Shown in pieces: positions 57,980 through 64,000 of a stretch of 64,000 nt of DNA (positions are counted from its first letter, which is position 1; each line of letters starts with the position of its first letter). The notes under the pieces were generated by a model, which made no database searches, was not told where the DNA came from, and was given only the letters and a program-made list of their open reading frames with translations. Both the position numbers and the translations under genes were made by a program. Source of the stretch: Lachnospiraceae bacterium (GTDB taxonomy: Bacteria > Bacillota > Clostridia > Lachnospirales > Lachnospiraceae); the NCBI GenBank assembly GCA_017463225.1, contig JAFTPO010000012.1, forward strand, positions 607 through 64,606. Direction: 5' to 3'.

Positions 57980-59537
57980 GAAAGGCAAGACGATGATTAC
58001 ATTAAAGGAATATATAGGACATATTAGAAATTGGAAGAAGCTTTGTCAGGAGCTTGGAGTAGACAGTGGGCTACCAAGAGAAGAAAGAGAACCGCAGATT
58101 ATATTAAAGGCATACGAAAAGTGGCAGGGAGATATGGCAAACCATATCTATGGTATGTTTGCCTTTGCTCTATATGACGACAGCCAGGATAAGCTGTTTT
58201 GTATGAGAGACCAGTTCGGTACAAAGCCATTTTACTACTACATGACAGAGGATAAGGAGCTTTTGGTAAGCACCGGCATACGTAAGCTTCTCGATATGCC
58301 TGGAGTAAAAAAGGAGTTGAATGAGGACTTAATCCAGATTTACATGACGCTTACATATATTCCGGGAGAGGATACATTCTTCAAGGGGATTAAGAAGCTT
58401 TTGCCTGGTAGATATATGGAGTTTAAGAAGGGTGATGAGACACCTGTAATTACCAGATATTTCAAGCCGGAGTTTAAGCCTGACAACAGTAAGTCATTGC
58501 AGGAGTATGCAGGTGAGATACATGATACGTTGGCAGAAATTATGACAGAGGTTAAGGAGGATGGCGAGGTTGCAGAGTCCTTTTTATCAGGCGGTGTTGA
58601 TTCTTCTTATGTTTTGGCTATGAGTGATGCAAAGGTGGCTAACTCATGCGGATATGATTTTGAAGCGCTAGATGAGTCTTCGCTGGCTGCTAAGACTGCG
58701 GAGCTTTTAGACAGAGATTTTAACCGTTGTCTGGTATCACCACAGCAGTTCTTTGATATAGTGCCTTGGGTTATGTACAATATGGAGATGCCTTTAGGAG
58801 ATGCATCAGCCATAGTTTTTGCCTTAGGCTGTAGAGCTACCGCAGAGCATACTAAGCTTTGCTATTCTGGAGAGGGTTCAGATGAATTCTTCGGTGGCTA
58901 CAATATGTATAGAAACGCTGAGAGATACGGTGATAATCTTAAGACCTTCTATGTTGGCAATACTAATATTATGAAGGAGGATGAGAAGGAGAAAATACTT
59001 AAGAAGTATGATCCAAGTATCCTTCCCATTAATCTCTGCAAGGAAATATACGAGGAAAATGAAGGTCTTGCTCCACTTGAGAAGATGCAGGATGTGGATA
59101 TTCAGATTTGGCTTGAGGGAGATATCTACTTTAATGTTCACAATATGTCTACGGCAGCAGGCTTAGAGGTAAGAATGCCACTTACAGATATGAGAATATT
59201 TGATATCGCAAGCAGACTACCTGTAGAGTATAAGGTGACTGCAGAGGAGAACAAGCTGGCATTTAGAACAGCTGCATTAAAGAAACTTCCTGAGGAGATT
59301 GCCTTTAGAAAGAAGCTTGGTTTTGTTGTGCCAATCAGATATTGGATGGCAGATGAAAAGTATAATCAGGATGTAAGAGACAAGTTTAAGAGTGATATAG
59401 CAGATAAATTCTTTAAGAAGGATGAAATCTGGGCTATATATGAGGAATATATAGGTGGTAACTCAGACCTGTGGAGAAAGGTGTGGACTATCTATACCTT
59501 CTTAGTGTGGTATGAGGAGTACTTCACAAAAAGATAA
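57969..59537 (+). CDS. asparagine synthetase B-family protein lacking the N-terminal Cys nucleophile
   Basis: GMFAFALYD..LFCMRDQFGTKPFYY is the GATase-domain remnant. SGGVDSS is the PP-loop. No MCG.. N-terminus. Overlaps the upstream gene by 11 nt. Confidence 0.85.
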   Translation: MIYKKGKTMITLKEYIGHIRNWKKLCQELGVDSGLPREEREPQIILKAYEKWQGDMANHIYGMFAFALYDDSQDKLFCMRDQFGTKPFYYYMTEDKELLVSTGIRKLLDMPGVKKELNEDLIQIYMTLTYIPGEDTFFKGIKKLLPGRYMEFKKGDETPVITRYFKPEFKPDNSKSLQEYAGEIHDTLAEIMTEVKEDGEVAESFLSGGVDSSYVLAMSDAKVANSCGYDFEALDESSLAAKTAELLDRDFNRCLVSPQQFFDIVPWVMYNMEMPLGDASAIVFALGCRATAEHTKLCYSGEGSDEFFGGYNMYRNAERYGDNLKTFYVGNTNIMKEDEKEKILKKYDPSILPINLCKEIYEENEGLAPLEKMQDVDIQIWLEGDIYFNVHNMSTAAGLEVRMPLTDMRIFDIASRLPVEYKVTAEENKLAFRTAALKKLPEEIAFRKKLGFVVPIRYWMADEKYNQDVRDKFKSDIADKFFKKDEIWAIYEEYIGGNSDLWRKVWTIYTFLVWYEEYFTKR

Positions 59538-59559
59538 GGTGAAGTATGAGGGTTAACCT

Positions 59560-61635
59560 ATGGATATAAAAGATACCAACCATAAGAAAAAGTTAATAAT
59601 TACTATAATAATAGCTGTAATAATAGCTACCTTGTCCGGCATAGTGTCTTATTTTAGATTTCCTAAAAGTCTTGAAAATATTGCTGAGGATGGATTGTAT
59701 CATAGACCAGAGGTAATTCCATCTGACATAAAGATTATAGCAATAGATGAGGAGACATTGCAGAAGCTGGGACCATATTCAGATTGGGACAGGAGTTATT
59801 TTGCAGATTTGATAGGAGTACTTAATGCAAGCTCAGATACTTCTCCAAGTGTTATTGGTATAGATGTGGTATTTAGTGGGACCAATTACTCTAAGGAGGA
59901 TGATATGCTGGTTGATGCGTGCTCCATCTACGATAATATTGTAGTTGCTTCAACCATTAACATTGATAACCAGCTTTATCAGGATATGGATGAAAAGTAT
60001 TACACTATAAAGTATGTTTCGGGAGAAGGTAAGCCATACGATGCTTTGGCAAGTGTCGTGGATTATGGCTTTACCAATGCCATCTACGATGATGATGGTA
60101 TGGTAAGAAAAACCTATACCAGCTGGAAATATGAGATAAACGGCGAGACTGTGGTGTATGACTCCTTTGCGTATAAAATCGCATCTAAGATAGGAGATGT
60201 TAAGGATTATCCATTGCAGGTGGAGATTGATATGGCAAGCAAGCCTGGTGAATTTGAAGCTATATCTATGTCAGATGTTTTGGATGGGACTATACCTGTT
60301 GGTTATTTTAATGATTGTATAGTTTTGATAGGTGTCTATGAGGAAGGCCTTATGGATTCCTACCGTGTGCCTGTGGATTACTCTAAACAGATGTATGGAG
60401 TGGAGATGCAGGCGAACTATGTGTATGGTTTTTTGAATGACTATATTATATACAGTGTTAATACCACAGTGCAGTTTATACTGATTTTTATTATTGTCTT
60501 TATATTTAGTATGTTTGTCTTAAATAATAGGCTTAAGCCATCTGTAGTGGGCACTGTTGCTATTATTCCTGTCTATGTTTTGCTGGCAGTCGTAATCTTT
60601 GAGACAACCGCTCATAAGCTGAATATCCTGGCAGTACCAATTGGAGCTGTTATAGCATTTCTTGTTTCTGTACTGCTTAAGTATATTGATATGCAAAAGC
60701 AGCGAATGTATGAAATGCGTGATATGCTTTTTTCTATGGCAGAAGCGATGGCTGAGACCATAGAGGGTAGAACTCCTTACAATGCAAACCATACCAAAAA
60801 GGTTGCTGAAAGATGTATGGAATTGATTGATTATATCAATGAGCAGCATAAGCAAAAGCGGACAGAGCTTAGCTTTACAGAGGATGATAAAAGACAGCTG
60901 TATCTGGCGGCTATGCTGCACGATGTTGGAAAGATGGATATTCCTCTTCGTGTTATGGATAAGGCTACAAAGCTTGGAAATAGGGAAGCAGAGCTGAGAG
61001 CCCGACTTGAAAATATTAGCTTAAGGATAGAAAATGACGCCTTGAGTGGACGCATATCAAGGGAAGAGGCTAATAATAAGAGAGATAAGATAAAAGAGTT
61101 TGTAAATAATTTAGGTGCATTTAATTGTGGACGACCACTTAAGGAGGATGAGTGGAAGCTAGTTGATGAGATCGCAGAAAGTAAGTATGTTGGCTCAGAT
61201 AATATTGAGATACCATATCTTACAGAGGAAGAGATAGATGATTTGCATATAATTGCAGGAACTCTCTCGGACAAGGAACGAGATATTATGCAAAGTCATG
61301 TTGTTTATACAGACAAGATTTTATCTCACATTAAGTTCGGAGAGCACTTCAAGAGGGTTAGAGCTATGGCTGCAAATCATCATGAGCTGCTTAATGGAAA
61401 AGGCTATCCAAAGGGATTAAAGGATGATGAGCTTGATACTATGACCAGAATCCTGACCATTATGGATATCTACGATTCCCTAATAGCTGATGACAGACCA
61501 TATAAAAAGCCTAAGTCAGTAAAGGTTGCATTCGAAATACTAGACGAAGAAGCCTCCGTGGGCAAGGTAGATAAGGAACTGCTTGAGTTCGCTAAAGAGC
61601 TTTATCTTAAGGATGAGAGCAATTCGGAAGAATAA
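59560..61635 (+). CDS. CHASE2 sensor, TM region and HD-GYP phosphodiesterase
   Basis: N-terminal TM segment plus an extracytoplasmic CHASE2-like domain, a three-TM block, then HDVGK .. HHELLNGKGYPKGL. Confidence 0.88.
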   Translation: MDIKDTNHKKKLIITIIIAVIIATLSGIVSYFRFPKSLENIAEDGLYHRPEVIPSDIKIIAIDEETLQKLGPYSDWDRSYFADLIGVLNASSDTSPSVIGIDVVFSGTNYSKEDDMLVDACSIYDNIVVASTINIDNQLYQDMDEKYYTIKYVSGEGKPYDALASVVDYGFTNAIYDDDGMVRKTYTSWKYEINGETVVYDSFAYKIASKIGDVKDYPLQVEIDMASKPGEFEAISMSDVLDGTIPVGYFNDCIVLIGVYEEGLMDSYRVPVDYSKQMYGVEMQANYVYGFLNDYIIYSVNTTVQFILIFIIVFIFSMFVLNNRLKPSVVGTVAIIPVYVLLAVVIFETTAHKLNILAVPIGAVIAFLVSVLLKYIDMQKQRMYEMRDMLFSMAEAMAETIEGRTPYNANHTKKVAERCMELIDYINEQHKQKRTELSFTEDDKRQLYLAAMLHDVGKMDIPLRVMDKATKLGNREAELRARLENISLRIENDALSGRISREEANNKRDKIKEFVNNLGAFNCGRPLKEDEWKLVDEIAESKYVGSDNIEIPYLTEEEIDDLHIIAGTLSDKERDIMQSHVVYTDKILSHIKFGEHFKRVRAMAANHHELLNGKGYPKGLKDDELDTMTRILTIMDIYDSLIADDRPYKKPKSVKVAFEILDEEASVGKVDKELLEFAKELYLKDESNSEE

Positions 61636-61673
61636 TAATAGAAATAATTTAGAAAACGAAACAGAGGAGAAAT

Positions 61674-62735
61674 ATGGGAGAAAAGAAGAATAAGAAGTTG
61701 CCTATTATAATAGGTGTTAGCGTGGTGTTGGTTATAGCCATTGTTTTGGTTTTGGTATTAGTTCTTGGTGGGCATAGAGTCATTAAGGTTCAGTCCTTTG
61801 ACGGTCAGGTTACCCTTGAGAGAGGCTCTGGCGCTAAGGATATGGTTGAGGGTATGAACCTAAAGTCAAAGGACAGGGTAATTACCGGAAGTGATGGTTT
61901 AGTTGAGCTTTTGGTAGATGAGGATAAGCATATTTTAGCCAAAGAAAATACCTGCTTTAAGATAGAGGCAAAGGGAAATGAAAACAAGGGAAAGCTTAAG
62001 ATTAAGCTGGAATACGGAACATCCTTGGTGGAGATAGAAAATAAGCTTGCTGATGGCTCATCAGTTGAGGTGGAAACTCCAAATGCTACTCTCAGTGTTC
62101 GTGGAACTACATTTGAGACAAGCTACAACCAAGGAGATGATGCAACAGTAGTTAAGGTTAAAAGTGGTGCAGTAAAGGTAGAGTCTGATAAGGAAGAAAA
62201 AGAAATTCAAGCTGGTCAGATGGCTACAGTAAAGGACGATACCATAGAAGTAGAACCATTGCCATTTGAGATAAGCTTTACTGATGAGGTTGCTTTTGTT
62301 GCAAGAAATTCAGGAGATAATAGTGATTCAGCAATCTCAGTAATGCAGCTTGATGGCTGGGAATACATACCTGTAGAAGACAGAAGTTCAAGCCAGCCGG
62401 ACGTTTTTACTCATGAAAGTGGTGTTAAGATTCGTTACTGGGTACTGACAGAGTCTCAGGTAAATGAGTGGATCGATGATGATGCAGGTATGGGATGGAT
62501 AGCCAGCTTAGATTATCTTAAAAATAAAGATGGAGATACCATAATATGTGAGGAGCTTCATTTTAATGGAGATATAGGTGAGGATATAACCTTTGCTTAT
62601 CAATATTATAAGGAGACACAAGATGGTGTTTATATATCCGTAATGGTATATGATGAGCTTAAGGGAGCTTCTTTAGCTGATACAAAGATTGAGGCATTTC
62701 TTGATTTAACTATCAATGAAGGCTTCGTATATTAA
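61674..62735 (+). CDS. membrane-anchored FecR-domain protein
   Basis: N-terminal TM segment. FecR-like beta domain (..VETPNATLSVRGTTFETSY..VKVKSGAVKV). Confidence 0.7.
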   Translation: MGEKKNKKLPIIIGVSVVLVIAIVLVLVLVLGGHRVIKVQSFDGQVTLERGSGAKDMVEGMNLKSKDRVITGSDGLVELLVDEDKHILAKENTCFKIEAKGNENKGKLKIKLEYGTSLVEIENKLADGSSVEVETPNATLSVRGTTFETSYNQGDDATVVKVKSGAVKVESDKEEKEIQAGQMATVKDDTIEVEPLPFEISFTDEVAFVARNSGDNSDSAISVMQLDGWEYIPVEDRSSSQPDVFTHESGVKIRYWVLTESQVNEWIDDDAGMGWIASLDYLKNKDGDTIICEELHFNGDIGEDITFAYQYYKETQDGVYISVMVYDELKGASLADTKIEAFLDLTINEGFVY

Positions 62736-62763
62736 TTTGATTTGGAACAGTAATATAAAATAG

Positions 62764-62837
62764 AAAAAACCAGGAGACCATATACTTTCTTGCCGACTAC
62801 TGAGTGGCCGGATTATAGGTATGTCCCCTGGTTTTTT
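62764..62837 (+). repeat. core-less relative of copy C: same outer arms, 20-nt apex (62792-62811); copy D
   Basis: Left arm AAAAAACCAGGAGACCATATACTTTCTT is 27/28 identical to copy C. Right arm is ATTATAGGTATGTCCCCTGGTTTTTT. The apex GCCGACTACTGAGTGGCCGG replaces the 73-nt core. Confidence 0.65.
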
Positions 62838-62856
62838 CTTTGGTTTATCTAAAAGC

Positions 62857-63291
62857 TTATAGATATTTTTTAATATCCTCTCTCAAAGCTTCTTCAATTT
62901 TGATTAGTCTTCTGCAGATATCCTTAGCCTTGTCATTTGCAGCCTGATACTGGTTAAGATACTGGTTTAGAGACTTAATTCCCATATCACAGCCGTCGGT
63001 CATAAGATTTGCAATGGTCTGGTCGGACTCGTCCATACCTAGTTTAAAGCTGGTCTTCATCTTGGACATACTCTTAGCCATAACATTTGGTTCTTTTTCT
63101 TCACTTCCGTACTGTATTAAAAGAGAGTGTAATTCGTTAGCCAGCATCTCATGATGCTCTTTGCTTTCATACAAAAGCTTTAAAAGCTCAGTATCTTGTA
63201 CCTTATCAATTAACTCGTCTATTGATGCCACCGCCATCTTTGAGCCGGCATCACATTCTTTAAGTAGTCTAATAGTGTCTTGATTTTCCAT
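62857..63291 (-). CDS. hypothetical all-helical protein (four-helix-bundle-like)
   Basis: 144-aa ORF with RBS GGAGGAT. No motif I can name. Confidence 0.6.
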   Translation of the reverse strand: MENQDTIRLLKECDAGSKMAVASIDELIDKVQDTELLKLLYESKEHHEMLANELHSLLIQYGSEEKEPNVMAKSMSKMKTSFKLGMDESDQTIANLMTDGCDMGIKSLNQYLNQYQAANDKAKDICRRLIKIEEALREDIKKYL

Positions 63292-63415
63292 TTTTTATAT
63301 CCTCCATATTTGATATAATGCTTTAGATATAGTGTGTGCATATATTTTATTTACATACAAAAAAATTTTTTTCAAAATTAGTGGGACTTTTAGAATCCTA
63401 AATTAGTTTAATAAA

Positions 63416-63431
63416 TGTATTCCGGAATACA
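63416..63431. promoter_or_regulatory. perfect 16-bp palindrome TGTATTCCGGAATACA upstream of the ECF sigma gene
   Basis: Read directly from the sequence, 29 nt upstream of ATG 63460. Confidence 0.35.
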
Positions 63432-63459
63432 ACACTAAAATGAGGAGGTGATCAAGTGT

Positions 63460-63945
63460 ATGAATAAGGAAGCCTTTGGCAAGCTTGTTATAGATGCCCA
63501 GGAGAGCTTGTATAGAGTGGCAAAGTCAATTTTATACAGTGACGAAGACTGCAAGGATGCCATATCAGAAGCTATTACCAAAGGCTTTGAGAAGCTTGAC
63601 ACCCTTAAGAAGGATAAGTTTGCTAAGACCTGGCTAACACGAATTTTAATCAATGAGTGTTATGACATTTTGCGAGAAAGTAAAAATGTAGAGGATATTG
63701 ATGCTCATACCTACGAGCTAGGCTATGAGGAGCCGGATAATTATTCTGAGCTTTATGAGGCAATTATGAAGCTTGAGGTGGACTACAGAACTGCCATAGT
63801 TCTTTACTACATAGAGGGATATAAAATTAAGGAGATTGCATCTATGGTTGATTCTACTGAATCGGCGGTTAAAAAGAGATTAGCCAGAGCCAGAGAGAAG
63901 TTAAGATTATATTTGGAGGGAGGATTAAAGGATGAAGATAGATAA
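63460..63945 (+). CDS. ECF-type RNA polymerase sigma-70 factor
   Basis: Region 2 (..WLTRILINECYDILR), region 4 HTH (VLYYIEGYKIKEIASMVDSTESAVKKRLARAREKL). ATG 63460 follows AGGAGGTG; the ORF track starts at 63448. Confidence 0.88.
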   Translation: MNKEAFGKLVIDAQESLYRVAKSILYSDEDCKDAISEAITKGFEKLDTLKKDKFAKTWLTRILINECYDILRESKNVEDIDAHTYELGYEEPDNYSELYEAIMKLEVDYRTAIVLYYIEGYKIKEIASMVDSTESAVKKRLARAREKLRLYLEGGLKDEDR

Positions 63946-64000
63946 GAAGGATTACCCTAAAATACCTGATGATATAAGAGATGTGATTAAGAGTCAGGTG
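63932..64000 (+). CDS. 5' end of a probable anti-sigma factor (truncated by the window edge)
   Basis: ATG 63932 overlaps the sigma gene end, with GGAGGGAGG upstream. Only 23 codons are visible (MKIDKKDYPKIPDDIRDVIKSQV). Confidence 0.4.
   Translation, partial: MKIDKKDYPKIPDDIRDVIKSQV

Noticed and set aside
60520-61274. Antisense ORFs (133 and 147 aa) inside the CHASE2-HD-GYP gene.
   Set aside because: They are shadow ORFs with Ser/Leu-rich translations and no start context.

Overview
This is a 64-kb chromosomal window from a low-GC Gram-positive anaerobe. ChW-repeat wall protein, trimeric HydABC hydrogenase, PPi-dependent PFK and polyol-phosphate wall-polymer genes suggest a Lachnospiraceae/Butyrivibrio-like member of the Clostridia, but that is inference only. 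All product calls come from reading motifs in the supplied translations; no searches were run.

Layout:
- 1-8.9 kb: accessory-looking block. It holds small membrane proteins, two HExxH membrane metallopeptidases behind a four-palindrome operator array, XRE regulators and a MacB-type ABC exporter.
- 9-20 kb: housekeeping genes (DAHP synthase, CBS, HAD, CarD, hydCBA, glxK with cdaR, dapF).
- 20-35.6 kb: cell-envelope island. It holds a ChW-repeat L,D-transpeptidase, a priming sugar transferase, a TarI-like cytidylyltransferase, TagGH, three tandem TagF-like polymerases, GT2s, rfbBA, UDPGP and LCP.
- 35.7-52 kb: orphan pilin, pfp, glyA, ftsH, an msmK-type ATPase, ftsEX-M23-Ctp and a CinA-C gene.
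- 52-64 kb: AAA+ protein with an unknown N-terminal half, a K+ channel, a c-di-GMP cluster (GGDEF*-EAL, Cys-less AsnB-like, CHASE2-HD-GYP, FecR) and an ECF sigma/anti-sigma pair.

The most unusual signal is non-coding. A ~73-nt GC-rich core with three covarying stems and invariant unpaired blocks sits at the apex of AT-rich terminator hairpins at 16.0, 42.2 and 51.9 kb. A fourth locus at 62.8 kb carries the same outer arms as the 51.9-kb copy but lacks the core. I cannot place this element in any RNA or mobile-element family I recognise.

Second, a ~200-nt rod-shaped RNA with its own promoter and terminator lies upstream of the glyA promoter and looks like 6S RNA.

No CRISPR array, rRNA, tRNA, transposase or prophage genes were seen.
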